64,000 bases of DNA from the NCBI RefSeq assembly GCF_009914755.1, contig NC_060941.1, one strand, 5' to 3'. This stretch comes from the human T2T-CHM13v2.0 reference genome, Homo sapiens. The position numbers and the translations under genes were made by a program. Shown piece after piece: positions 14,130 to 27,620 of this stretch (the stretch's first letter is position 1; each line of letters begins with the position of its first letter). Under the pieces are notes generated by a model, which did not search any database, was not told the DNA's origin, and saw only the letters and a list, made by a program, of their open reading frames with translations.

Positions 14130-14290
14130 ATTCAAAAGCTTGTGTGGATATTTGCAGCCTGTGTGACACCTGGCAAATGATTCCACTCCCTGTGCCTCAG
14201 TTTTCCATCCACAAAATGGGAGTGGTGCTACCTGCCTTGCGGATGTGTTGGAGGATGAGAAAGAAGATGCTTGAAAATCTCCTTCTACGA
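14130..14290 (+). mobile_element. MIR SINE fragment
   Basis: tgtgtgacacctggcaaatga...ctgtgcctcagttttccatccacaaaatggg. Confidence 0.8.
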
Positions 14291-14758
14291 CGCAGGCACA
14301 TTGCAAAGAACAGCCAACCCTCCTCTGGGCTGTAACCCTCTCCTCGCTCCTGCACTGAGAAGCTGCCAGTGGCGCTGTCCCCCCTTTCTGCCCCAGCCAG
14401 GTGGATAGACAAGCTGCAGTTAATATGCCCACAAGAATTCCCATTTGCTCTTTCCTGATTTCATGCCATGGTCAGCTAATGAAACAGACCTGTTGATGAA
14501 AAGTTCCATGTGGATGCAAATGGTACTAGTTCATAACCATATATTCCTGCTCATTTACGTGATACACCCAGAGATGTTGTACCTTCATTTCTGACCATCT
14601 TCAATTAACACAGGCTCCACATACTGTAGCATACAATGCCCTGAAACCTTTCCATCAAGTAGGTAAAGATCTGTAAACCAATATTGAAATGCACTAGAGA
14701 AGCTCCATCCTACAGGAATCCTGCTGTGAGTCCCTGTGGTTTCCCGAAGATCCACTGA

Positions 14759-15195
<437 letters not shown>

Positions 15196-17199
15196 TGAGA
15201 CCATTCCACTCAGATCAGCTGGCACTGTGACCTTCTAGAAGCTGAGTACTGGTGCAGAGTCTATTGCAAATAAATGTCCCTGGCCTGCCTCTCCGAGCCC
15301 TTGTGAGGACCCTCTGACGTCATGTGGCTGCCTTGATTGGCATTGCAGAGATTGCTTGGCTCCCATGTCATAGTGGCCACCTGGAACTTTCTAGGACTTT
15401 CTGCCCCTTAGAGAGCCTGGTAATTCCTGGCTTCTCACTGTAGGTTTTGGACTCAGTGGAGTGAGGCCACTTTCTCCACGCCCCCGGCTGCCATCTGCAG
15501 TTCTGCCCCAGAAGTATAGAGATGACTCTCCTGTCCCCATCCCCTCCTCCATCACCAAATCACCCCAGCACTTCTCTCCCCCTGCAGCCTGCTCCCAAAG
15601 ACCAGCAAAGCCTGTTGAACAGAAAACGCTGAGATGGGGGTGCTTCACGCCCGGCCCCTGATGCTTATTAACTGTGCAGGGAGGGTTTGCCCATCCCTGG
15701 GCTGGCTTCCTCCTGATATGTGACAGAGCTTAATACGCTGCGGCTCCCAGCCTCGCCAGCCACCCCGAGAGAGCTGCATTTCACAAGCCTTTTGTTAACC
15801 CCCTACTGGGCTGATTCCGTGACTTTCTGGTTCTTCTCCCTTGGTGTTAAGAATGGGAAAGGGTAGGGCCCTAAAGAGGATGGAGCCAGGCTGTGCGTTA
15901 ACATAGAAGCTGGAGAGGGAGGTCCCACCCATAGACCTGCTCACTGAGGGAAGATGGAGGTGCCCAGCAAGGAGGTGCCTGCTGAGGACGCCCTGGTGCC
16001 CTCCTCAGACACTGTCAGAAGCCTGGTCCCACACTGTGGGCTGAGAACGCTGTAGGGTCAGGGTTCCCTAACCCACCCTATGTGCGTGTCAAGTGAGGTC
16101 CTGTGGCCAGAGACTCTGAGAAAGCAGCATGAAGCCAGGCACAGTTCACTAGCGGTGCTTCCCCCACATCACAGCGGCCCTGACGCAGCTCGAGGGGCTC
16201 ACACCGGGGCAAGCAGGATAGCTTTACCCAGAGGACAACTTGCTGTTGGCAGACCAGTGACAGAGCCTTTTGTGTAGCAAAGGGTGCTCTTTTTAAGGGG
16301 ACAATCGCCTCTTCACCCTGGTGCTCTGAGTGTGTTTGAGACCCTCTGCTCGCTAAGGCGAAGGACCCCCTGCCTTACTGCTCCCAGGTGCGAGAAGGGC
16401 TGACAAGTGTCACTCCCACTTGGAAAGCACCAATCTTCCCTGACCCCCATAGCACTCCCCACCCACAGGGGGCCCTGGGTGCAGCATGTCTGTGCAAAGA
16501 GGGAAGGAAATTGGGTTTCAATGGATTCGTTTTTCCTCTTGAGTAGGTTTGCATTGAGTGGGGGGTAGAGTCGGGTGTTGATCCGAGGGGTTGTCACATA
16601 CGCCTTGACCTTCCAGCTCAGTGTCTCCCCTTGCTGCTGTCCAGGAGCTCCATGACATGCTCAGCAAAATCCACAACGTGAGATTCTCCAACCAGTGCTC
16701 TGGGCAGGATCAGACCCACTGATGTGAGACCGGCCAACAGGCAGCTGGGCCAGGCCAGGGCACCAGGGCCCCTCCCCACCCTGAGAATCGGGGATCCTGA
16801 GGTGACCTGTGCCCTGTGCCGGCACTGATGAGGTTGGCAGGGAAGCTTAAAGAAAGAAGGGCTCAGCCATGGCTGGAGGGACAGAGCCCACAGGGGTCCA
16901 GGGAGGTTGGGCTCCCCGGTCTCAGAAGCTTCCTGGACACCTTGGCCTGTGCTGACCGCCTGGCCTCCCTGCTTCTGGGATGGACGGGCTCATGGGACGT
17001 GTGCTCTGACCTGCCCACTGTTTCTCAGGATTGTCACATTGCGGCACGTCGCAGACAGTGAGTGCGGCTGTGCGTGGGACGCGCTCTGCCAGTTAAGTCG
17101 GGCCATTCCGGGCGCTGCTGCAACCCCTCTCGGGCTCCACATTTCACTCCCACACACAAAGTCTTAAGTCCCCACGAGGCCCTGCCTGCTCTGCCCCAG

Positions 17200-18250
17200 A
17201 ACCCTCCAGATTCCACCTCTGAGTCTCAAATGCCAAAATGCCACCTTCTCAGTGAAGCCTCTGATCTCCTCCTTCCCTTCTCTGCACCCCGGGCCTCAGC
17301 CCTGCTCCCACCTGATATGCGACAAATCATACCACTTGCTGGCTGCCCGTCCCCTCTCGGGGCCAGGGAAGCTCACCAGGACAGGGCTTCTTTGGAAGTC
17401 TGTTTTGAGAAAGGTGATCCCTGCCCCCAGATACCACAGGCCACCAGGGAGGACGGACGGGCACACAAATACTTGCCATCAGAGAGCGGAGATAGATCCC
17501 ATCTGTCTGCTCAAAGAAAGTCCTCCCATGACTGGAGGAGTCTCCTGGCCTTCTTCTGCAGGCTGGACTTCCTGGTAGTGGGGCCCGATAACCACTGCCC
17601 CTTTCCATTCTCTGCAGCCCCCCCCAGCCCGGCTTCCAGCCCCTCCATCCTGGTCAGTCTGTGGGCATGAGACTCCCCCACTGCAAAACGTGATGGGCGG
17701 TTTCCGTCCTTACCACGTCTCTCCCCACCTCCTGCATGATCCCTCGCCCGTCATCCCAGAGGCTCTGCCCTCAGCTTCAGTGGCCCACACTCCAGCGAAA
17801 TCCCAGGGCCTCTTTCCCCTGGGCCTAGCTTCAGTTCACTGGTCTTCTCACCCCACAGCGACATGCTCTCCTGGGATGATCTTATCCATCTCCACGTTTC
17901 ATGTCCCCCAAAATATAATGACCCCCCCAATTGATATAGCTGACCCCAATAACCTCTCTGATTTCAGAGTTCATCAGTGAGGTAATAGGGAGAAGTAGAG
18001 TGTTCTAGGCAGAAGGAACACTGCATGAAAAGCACAAGTTCTGAAAGGGAAGGACCTGGCTCCTGTTGGGGACAGAGTTGTTTAGCATGGATGGAATACA
18101 GTAGCAGGGAATGAGGGGGTGAGCCCCAGGGACTGGGGTGGGAATCTTGCATCCATGGGGACAGCTGGGGGGAGTCACTCACAGCTGTCCTCCTGTCATT
18201 ATCACATTTGGAAAGTGACCTCACCAGAACCTGTCATCTCTAACCTTCTG
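17200..18250. mobile_element. Degenerate L2 LINE fragments in both orientations
   Basis: aaatgccaccttctcagtgaagcct and ctcctgggatgatcttatccatctccacg (+); tgttctaggcagaaggaacactgcatgaaaagc (-). Confidence 0.55.
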
Positions 18251-19424
18251 CTGCTCCCCAGATCCCAAAAGACACGCCCCTATGCAGAGCCAGGGACACC
18301 AGGCCTCTCCAATACGTTCCGCACAGCCTCTGCCCACGTCGTAGTCTCAGGCCCGAGTCGGCGGGTTAGGTGTGGCAAGAGCCATCTGGAGCCCTGTGGC
18401 TGGCCCAAGCTTCAGTCCCTTCAAGGCAGAGAGATGGGGAAGGTTAGAGTATTCTCCAAAACTCAGGCCTGTTTCTGCCCCGGCACTTAGTGTCGACACC
18501 CAGGACCAGCTTTGTAGACCAGTGAGCACTGGGACCCGGCAGCCTCGCCAGCCATCAGCAGCCACAGAAGGAACCCAGTACCCAGTCCCCATCAAGCCCT
18601 TGACTGGCCTTTGCCCCTGACTTCAGAGCTGAGGTCCCCAGAAATTATCTGTCTTTTCTGTTCAAGCCACAGCTTCCCCTGACTTCTTCCTTTTGTGTTG
18701 GTGACAGCCCAGGGACTGTGCTTTTTCCAGACACGATGTTAACTCTCTGGTCCTACTTCCTGGCTCAGGGGACAGCCCTTTGGGGCTTTCCCCCTTTGGC
18801 ATCATCTTTAAAGCTGCTTCCTGCACTCAAAGCTGCCTCCCAGCTCCTGGCCTCTGGTTTAGAGCTTCCCCCAGAAAGTGGCGTATTTTATCTTTATGTG
18901 TCAGGATTTATATAAAAAGGGGATAGTTCAACTCTAAATGTAATGAGTTGGAAGAACAGCTCTCTGGTGGCTTTCTGTAGTGAACATGACATCAATAACA
19001 TTGATTGCTAAAAATAACTAATAACACTGGGCTATAACTAATAACACTGGGTGGCCAGGGACTGCTCCAACCCTACCCCTAAAATGGATGAAAGGGAAAC
19101 AGGCCCTTGCCTCCAAACAGACACACCTCCAACAGGTGAGTTCCCAGAGGGTTCAGACAGAAGGTGGAGGAGAAGCAAGATGCCCAGGGGGTCTGAAGGG
19201 GTGAGCAGAAGTTTTTCAGGCACTGGAAGCTCCTTGGAGGGCAGGCAGGTGGTGGGAGACAAGCACATGCTGTAGGGGGGTCCTCACATACCAGTGTGAG
19301 ACACACATGTCTGGAAGGGGAACCTTCTCAAGCTGGAGGAGGCATCATAGAGCCTTGTGAAGGAGGCCTCTTGGGAGGCCCATGAAGATGGCAAAGGAAA
19401 AGGGAAGGAAGGAATGAGAGGCAG

Positions 19425-19670
19425 GATGGCTCGTGGCTAGGAATGCAGGCTCTGGGGTGAGCCAGCTGGGTTGGAGTCCTTGCTAGCTGTGTGGGCCCGG
19501 GTAAGCCATCGAGCCTCTAAGGGCCTCATTTTCCCCATCTGGAAAGTAGAGATTCGTGATTTTCCATATGCTGTGACGGTGTCATGGGCTTCCCATGAGG
19601 ACCCGAAAGCACAGCCTATGTGTGGCTCTTCGCCTCATGCCTGGTGCCTGGGAAGTGGTTCAACACATGC
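19425..19670 (+). mobile_element. MIR SINE
   Basis: gcaggctctggggtgagccagctggg...ctagctgtgtg...gcctcattttccccatctggaaagtag. Confidence 0.75.
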
Positions 19671-21489
19671 CTGCCGTTGCCACGTCCCTTCTCGGTATAG
19701 CCAAGGGAAGGGCTCTGAGAGCTAGCAGTTAGCAAATGGAGTCTGAGGTTGACCCACGTGACCCTTGCTAAGGGCCTTCTGAGGTCAGGCCCGAGGGAAA
19801 TAAATGATATTTAGGATGAATGTTTACCAAAATCAGAGAAGCAATCATTTCTGACAAGGCAGACGGACAGGCATAGTTACATACATCTCATCGAGCCTCC
19901 AGAGGCTTCTCCTCTGGGTTTGCTGACTGGTGGCTGGAGAGGCTCTACCTTACACGCAAAATCAATTCTTCCATGCCCTCAGCCCTGGCCACTCTGCCCT
20001 TGACACCCTGGCTGCGTTCTCCCAGAAATAGCTGTGTGCTTGGATTGGAATCTGCTGGGGCGAGGGGCAGCTGCAGCAGGCAGCTCAGCTCAGCTCAGCC
20101 TGCGTGGCTCTCTGCCTTTCTGGAAGGATTAGCTTGCCTAACCTCTCCCAGTGCTTCCCACCCCTCTCCTGGGACTTTGGGAGAGGAAAGGCAAATGAAA
20201 GGTGTGGTGTTGGGGGCTGGAGGAAAGAAAGACCATGATAAAATGCCAGCCTGCAGTTGAGGAAGAAAGTTATTTAGTGGGTCAAAAATGAGTCAAAGTT
20301 TATAGAGAAGAAATGACATGTTTTAAAATTAATAGCATAAATGTCAACTCTGATGGCCAGGGCATTAAACCATAGGATCAATGGAGCATTCTTTGTGAGG
20401 TTATTTTCTCTCTCAGATGTGCCCTGGGTGTGGGAAAAAGAGCGAGAGCTCGCTCTGCGGTGCCACATTTTGGATTCTGGGGTAGCTCCATCAGCTAGGT
20501 TACAGTGTGAGAGATAAGAAAGTTGCTATGAGGCTGTGTTCAGTTGGCTGGTCTGCATGGAGCTGACATTAAATACAGTAGGAATCTGCAGCCCTCGGCT
20601 TCAAGTGTGGGGATTTATTGAAGTCTTGCAAAAGCTCTTGGTCAGGGATGCTCCTCCCCTGGGCAGGAAGAATGGGGCTGAGGGCACACTCAGAACCCTG
20701 TGTCATGCATCCACCCCTTGAGCCTCACAGTCCCTTATTGCATCAGTAACAGGGTCTGCAGAGCCGGAATGGCTCACTGCCCAGGGAGGCAGGACCAAAC
20801 AGGGAGTTTTCTCTGAAGTCTGCCTTGATCTCTGTTCTCAGGGACAGGCAGCAGTGTGGAAGAGCCCCTGCGTTCACAGAACACAGAGAGTACACAGCCC
20901 CTCTCCCCTGGCAACTCTTGGAGCCTTTCTAGATGACCTCATGTGGTTCCCCTCTGTTCAGGAGCAAGCAAGGGAACTACCTTTGCAGGTTGGCTATGAG
21001 AAACTAGGGCGCCACATGATTTAGCTAATTCCAACACAAAAGCTTCACCACGGAGCTGAACCTTGAATTTCACAACGCCCAAGTCTCAATCCTGGGTTGG
21101 AGGCATGGGTTTAACTACAGCCAGCCTCCACCCCTACTTAGATGCTGTAGCTTAGGACCCCCAAAGCCAGCCACGGAGCTCTCTCACCAATTTACCCCAC
21201 CCCTCATTCCAGGGCTTTCTCTGGTGATCAGTATTTTGGGGTTGCTCTGAATTACTATGAATCTTCCAGTAATCATATTGTGGTAATAGAGGGGTTGCCT
21301 GAAAACCACAGGAAGCCAGGAGATGCCTGGTGCCAGGACACTTCACAGGACCTGAAGAACAGCTTCAGGTGAGGACTAAGAGCAAAACCAGGGTAAGGAA
21401 GGGCAGAGAAAATCCCACTCGTGTGCATCTTCACAGACCCCACGAGTGTCAGGACCCCGCATGCCTCCAGTATAGAATTTATTCTATTG

Positions 21490-21645
21490 TGCCTTCCTTG
21501 TCTCCCCACTAACCAAGAGCAACCAGGGGACCAGTGCTGTCTCCCCACTAACCAAGAGCAACCAGGGGACAAGGGGACTGTGGCACCAGTCACTAGCATG
21601 TCCCCGGCACATGGAAGGTTCTCAATGAATACTGGTTGAAAAAAG
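21490..21645 (+). mobile_element. L2 3' end containing a 39-bp-period internal duplication
   Basis: tgtctccccactaaccaagagcaaccaggggac at 21499 and 21538, then ctagcatgtccccggcacatggaaggttctcaatgaatactggttgaa. Confidence 0.7.
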
Positions 21646-21704
21646 GAATTAAAATGTTAGTCTATAATGGAACATGTTTACACTCACACTTACAGTTGGC
21701 ACTG

Positions 21705-21762
21705 TACACACACACACACACATGCACACACACACACACGCACACACACACACACATACATG
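21705..21762. repeat. (CA)n microsatellite
   Basis: Interrupted CA run. Confidence 0.95.
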
Positions 21763-22445
21763 CAGACCCAGTGCACTGCCCTTAGAAGTGTTTGATGCTG
21801 CGAAGGACAGCATGGGCTGCTTTCGCTGTGTAATGAGGGAACAGCAGTATGCCAAATGCTTAGAAGAGATCCTTTTGCTTTCTTTCCTCCGCTCAATTCT
21901 GCCGCTAGAGACCCTACTGTTGTATTCTGATTTCACCAACATGAAACTGCATTTGGGGGAAAAAATCACCCATTCCCTTTATATTAGGAAAGTAAGAAGC
22001 AAACAGACTTCGTTTTGGAATTTGGCCTTTGTTTTGGGAGTTGGTATAAAAGACAATTCCTCCCTGGAGGTTTTGCTTTGGTTTTATGGGGTTTTTATAC
22101 CTGCCCCCACCTTCCATCCCCCTTGAAAAGAGGCCCCTGAAGAGTTTGCTTGGCTGGAACATCACAGACCAAAGTCTGAGAACTGCTTCTATTTTACAGT
22201 GCCACTGTTAGTAATGCCTCATATGTATATTATATTTCATAGTTTTTCAAAGCCACTTAAAAGTATGGCCTCATTTGACCCTTCCATCAGACCTAGATGG
22301 TCAACAGAGCACATCTCATTATCTCCGTTTAACAGGTAAGAAAACTGAGAATTTAGAGGGTAAAGTGACCTGCTCAAGCCCACATGGGGCCAACAAAAAT
22401 GTTCCAAGTTACTCATCTGCTGCTCACATCAAGACCGATCTTTGC

Positions 22446-22610
22446 TTCCTTCCTTCCTTCTTTCCTTCCCTGCCTCCCTCCCTTCCTTCCCTGCCTCCCT
22501 CCCCTCCCCCTCCCTCCCCTCCCTTTCCTTTCCCTTCCCTCCCCTCCACCCCTTCCTTCCTTCCTTCCTTCCTTCCTTCCTTCCTTCCTTCCTTCCTTCC
22601 CTTCCTTCCT
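22446..22610. repeat. (CCTT)n/C-rich microsatellite in place of the adjacent Alu's tail
   Basis: Pyrimidine tract abutting gtctcactctgtctcccaggctgg with no poly-T. Confidence 0.9.
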
Positions 22611-22883
22611 GTCTCACTCTGTCTCCCAGGCTGGAGTGCAGTGGCACAATCTTGGCTCATTGCAACCTCCACCTTCTGGGTTCAAGTGATTCTCCTGCCT
22701 CAGCCTCCTGAGTAGCTGGGATTACAGACTTGCACCACCATGCCTGGCTAATTTTTGTATTTTTAGTAGAGACGGGGTTTCACCATGTTGGCTGGGCTGG
22801 TCTCGAACTCCTGGCCTCAGGTGATCTGCCTGCCTTGGCCTCCCAAAGTGCTGGGATTACAGGCATGAGCCACTTGCCCAGCC
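22611..22883 (-). mobile_element. AluS element
   Basis: gtctcactctgtctcccaggctggagtgcagtggc...ctcccaaagtgctgggattacaggcatgagccac. Confidence 0.97.
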
Positions 22884-23413
22884 TGAGCCATTCTTGCTTT
22901 AGATAACCTGCTGCTTTGGGGGCTGACAGATAAGCAGGAAGGCTGCCCTGTAGCAGCGGCAAGGTCCACAAATAAGCCAGATGAAGGAGAAGAGAAATAT
23001 AGGGAGGCTGTCAGGGACTCATTCTGGTTAGGATTTAAGCCCCAGCTGCCATTACAGGATGGAGAGATGAAACAGGGCCGAGAAAGAGCCTCGGCCAGCA
23101 TGGGGTCAACTAGGGCAGGGGAAGCAATGACATAGTCTCACAGAGTCACCTGTCCGACTTCCAGAGCAGGTACAGATTCATACAGAGCAGGTGCAGATTC
23201 ATACTGCAGCCTACTATGCTCTTCAACTGGGGCCACCTGCTTGCCTTACAGAGTCAGAAAAGCAAAGTGAACCAGTTTTCTATTCCTCTCCAACAAGCCG
23301 CTGCTCTTCCCTAACAGTTTATCTGCACTTAAGATCCCTCAGCAGAATCCTGGACTGGAGAGCAAGTTCGTCAGATTAGATGGGGCATACCTTTCACCCA
23401 GTTCTAGCCTTGA

Positions 23414-23730
<317 letters not shown>

Positions 23731-23787
23731 TAGATACCTTTGCTTCTTGGAGAAACAGGAAAGATGCGGAATGGGGGAAGGCAGGAG

Positions 23788-23808
23788 TTCAGCACCACGG
23801 ACAGCGAC
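23788..23808 (+). promoter_or_regulatory. Canonical RE1/NRSE (REST/NRSF binding site)
   Basis: TTCAGCACCACGGACAGCGAC matches the RE1 consensus TTCAGCACCACGGACAGCGCC at 20/21 with the canonical 2-bp spacer; unique, CpG-retaining context. Confidence 0.9.
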
Positions 23809-25421
23809 CTGCGGGTGGGAGACGCTGCCAGCCACGCGGCCGAACTCCGGACTGGGGGCCACGTGGAGGAGGCCTTGGTTCAGCTCTGCCCCATGCCTCA
23901 CGGGACACACATTTATCACCTGGAAACAGCGGCCAGTGCTCAGGAAGGCTCATGCCATTGCGGATCTGCCTTCATTAAATCCAAAGCATGATTGCTTGTC
24001 ACTTGCTTTAATTCGTTTCCCTCCCAACTCTTTATTTGAAGAGCTTTCTAAAGTTTTGTCCATAAGAGGAAGAGATTCTCTTTTGGGGGTGGGTGAGACC
24101 TTGTTATGGAAGAGAACAGCGGCCAGTTCAGGGAGTGTGGTCTTCCACTTCGATCGTGATGTGTTTCTGTGTCGCTTGAAGTCTAGCTTGCCTTTCCTAA
24201 CGCTCTCGGCCCGGGTCAGAGACTCCATGTGAGAGAAGACGGCCACAGGGAATGTGCTTGGATTTGGGAATCTTCTCAGAGGCCACGGTTTGACCTGGCA
24301 CCAGTGGTTGGGGCCCATAAGCCACGCAGCACGCAGATGAAATCCGCCTCGTGTGTCCTCACTAAATCCACAGCGCTAGAAATGCATTTAAAGGCAATCC
24401 TGCCTGCCCACAGCAGATTTTCCATACCCTGGCAATTGGAGCATGTTAAGGATGAGACACAGCTGCCAGGTCTGATTTCTTAAATCAAGATTCGTTTTGT
24501 AGGGAGAGCAGGAGGAAAAAATTAATGCACAACCTGGCAAGGTGAGGGAGCGAGGGAGGGATGCCTGCCGCCTTGGTGGCTCTGTCCACTTTGGGTGGGA
24601 GCCAGTTCCTTTCCAGCAAGCGCCTTCCAGCTCAGGGAAGGGCAGGGGCTTCCCACAGACAGCCTGGGATGAGCAATGCCTGACTCAGGGTCTGAGTGCG
24701 GGCAAAGTCAGGTGCTGATGGAAAGATCAGAAGTTGTTGGCTTACATTTTGTTTGATTTGTTTTTCTCTGAGTTTTCAGCCATTCTCACCACATCACACT
24801 TGGTTTCCTGTCCTGCCCCACCGTCAGCTCCCCCTGCTCCCCCAGCACCCTGTGTCCATCCCACAAGGATGGATGAGCCAAGCTGCTCAGGCACAGCTTG
24901 AGGGTGGGATCTAGTACCTTCCCTTCCCTGGCTGCAAAGCATGGGGTGCGTTTGAGGAAGGGTGAGGGCAGCATTGGGAGTGGGGACTGTGCAGTATGTT
25001 TCGGTCTGTCTGTGGCAGGGCATGGGGAAGGGCGGTTATTTGTAAATAATACTTAATTGATGAGACTTAAATAATAGATGAGCCAGCGTCATTCCCAGTG
25101 GCCCAGCAGTACTGATGGCCACCTTCATTCTTCCATTTCCCAATTACAACAGGGTGGGGCTGGGCTTGGGGGAGGGGTGTCAAGAAGGGGATAGAAGAGG
25201 GCAGGGGAGCAACGGGGTGAATTAGAGACTTTTGTTGCATTTAATATCAATTCATTTTGCAGGCTGCTGACACAGCCAAATTTCACAGCTCTGAATTTGT
25301 GGGGCTCCCCAGTGTACAGACGCAAAAGGAAAATACAAAAGAACTTTTTAAAAAATGGCCTGCCATCAGCAAAAAATTAAAAGAAAATTTTAACCCCCAC
25401 CCCGCAAAAAGGCACAAACAG

Positions 25422-25430
25422 ACACACACA

Positions 25431-25460
<30 letters not shown>
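25422..25460. repeat. (CA)n microsatellite
   Basis: acacacaca...cacac with one interruption. Confidence 0.95.
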
Positions 25461-25461
<1 letters not shown>

Positions 25462-25779
25462 AAATCTGATTTTGATTTCTTATATGGTTGAGGGACTCAT
25501 CTCATTACTTAATAATCACATTGTTTGCCAGAGCCGGGCTGTGTTTTGTCGCTCTATGGGCCGACTTTGTTACACCTGCATATAAAAATGACAAGTGTAG
25601 TGAGATTGTCAGCAAAAGGGACACACTGAAGAACAGGCACAGTCCCCTGACTGGAGGAGGGTAGCCCCAGTCTAACCCCTCCCCGGGGAGCCGGGCTCCC
25701 AGGAAAATGCCCAACGGAAGAGTCCATACCTGGCCTCCAGCCTGGGAGGTTTGCTTCCTCCACACACACCAGCTGTAGA

Positions 25780-26160
25780 CTCTCCCATCTCCCTCCTCTT
25801 CCTCCTCCCCTCCCTCCTCCCCTTCCTCCTCTTCCTTTTTTCCTCTTTCTCCTCCTCCTGTCTTCTCCTCTTCTTGTCCTTTCTCCTTCTTTTACTACTC
25901 CTCTCTGTCTTTCTCCTCCTCTCCCTCCTCTTTTCCTCCTCCCCACTTCTCCTCCCCTTCTTCCTCCCCCCTCCTCCCCCTCCTCCTGCTTCTCCTCCCT
26001 TTCCTTCTCCTCCTCTCCCTCTTCTCCTCTTTTTCCTCCTCCCCATCCCCTCTCTCTCCTCCCCCTCTCCCTCCTCCTCCTCTTCCTCATCCTCTCCTCC
26101 TCCCTCTCCTCTTCCTCCTCCCCATCCCCTCTTCTTTCTCCTCCTGCCCCTCCTCTCCCC
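25780..26160. repeat. Polypyrimidine (CCT/CT) low-complexity tract
   Basis: About 380 nt with only about a dozen purines on the + strand. Confidence 0.95.
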
Positions 26161-27329
26161 AGCAGCTCTGGCTTTTTCCTCCTGATCTTGGCCAGTGTCT
26201 TGCTCTGTGTGCGTTCATTTTCTTAAAGTGATGCCCAAGGCCCACTACCTGCCTTGTCTGGAGCTTGGCAGAGCCTCCTCTTCTCCGAGCAGCCATGAGT
26301 TGGGGACTGGGGTCACATAAAAGCTGAATAAGAATGACTCCCAGCAAACAGCTAACACCCTGGACTCCCATCTAGGGACTTAGTGAGTGCTCCTTCCATG
26401 GGCCCCTTGGGATCCAGCCTCCCAGGCAGGCTTATCTATGGCCAAGGTGCCCCTCATGTGAGCTAGCCCTGTGGAGAGCCGTGTGCCTTTGGGAAGCACC
26501 AAAGCTGGGGTGCTGCTGCACATCCCGGGCCAGCCCCAAGGGTAACTAGTAGAGCAGGTGAGATTCATCTCTCCCTGGTGACATGGCTTCCTCGGGCCAT
26601 CCCCCGGTACCACTGAGACCCCTTCCAATCAGCAATCCCAGGGTCCCAGGAGCAGGCTGGGCTCTGGCCTCCAGGAGAAAGAAGCAAAGCTGATGTAGGA
26701 CAGACACTGGAAATCTGGCCCAGTGCCTGCCACAAAGCAGGTGGCCATAGGCCAGGGCACAGTGTGCCTTTCCCAGGGAGATGGGGGTCAGGCCCAAGTC
26801 ATGGTTTATTCATAATAAACACAGCCGGCCACACTGACCAGTCCATAGGTCCCAGCCCACTTGGGGGTGGCCCTCAGGAAGTTATGCCCTTGGAATTGGG
26901 CCACAGGAGCAGATGGGGTGACTGAGGCACTGGGTGTTTCCCCACCTCACTCCAGCTACTCTTTAGAAATTGTTCTAAACAGTTGAGCAGAAAAGCCTAT
27001 TTGTCTGACTATACCCAAATGGTCAAATAATAATAATAAAAAAGCCTATGAATTACCAACAACGCGTGTGTCTGGGAAGATGTAACGGGTGGTAGTGTCC
27101 CATTCTGGTAGCTTCTCCTTGTGGAGAGTTCGCCATCAAGCAAATACGAAACACATTTGGGTTAAGTCATTGGACTCAGTAGCATCTTAGAGCAAACAGT
27201 TAAAGGTAGATATGAGCCAGTTCAGATCTAGCAAGCTCAGGAGCACTGGAGATGTCTTCTGGAAGTCAGAAAAGCATCTGCAGCTACTTTGCAGCACTCC
27301 ATCGAGCAACACCCCAGGGGAAAGGAGCT

Positions 27330-27620
27330 ATGTCTGCATTTAATGGGCAGTTTATTAAACACCAAATAAGTGCCGGGCACTGTGAAGGCATGGGTGGGGG
27401 ACAAAAGTAAATTGCAACAAATCTCAGCTTTTAGCTGCTCCCTCCTGGTAGAGAAGAGACTGGAGGCATAGGCTGGCTTCACGATGGGCGAGCACAGAAA
27501 GCACAGAGGCGGTGCTGGGAGAGTTGTGGCTAGCTTCTCCGGGAGAGGACACCTGGATTAAATATCAGAAGACAAGCAACCTTTGACTAACAAGGGTTTT
27601 CCAGGCCAAGATGCAGCATG
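27330..27620 (-). mobile_element. L2 LINE fragment
   Basis: tttattaaacaccaaataagtgccgggcactgtg is a reverse L2 3' end. Confidence 0.55.

Noticed and set aside
14440-14700. AT-richer unique stretch as a possible processed pseudogene fragment
   Set aside because: The frames I translated contain stops and match nothing I recognise; no poly-A or TSD.
25554-26185. R/E/G-rich and P/L/S-rich ORFs
   Set aside because: Translations of the polypyrimidine tract.
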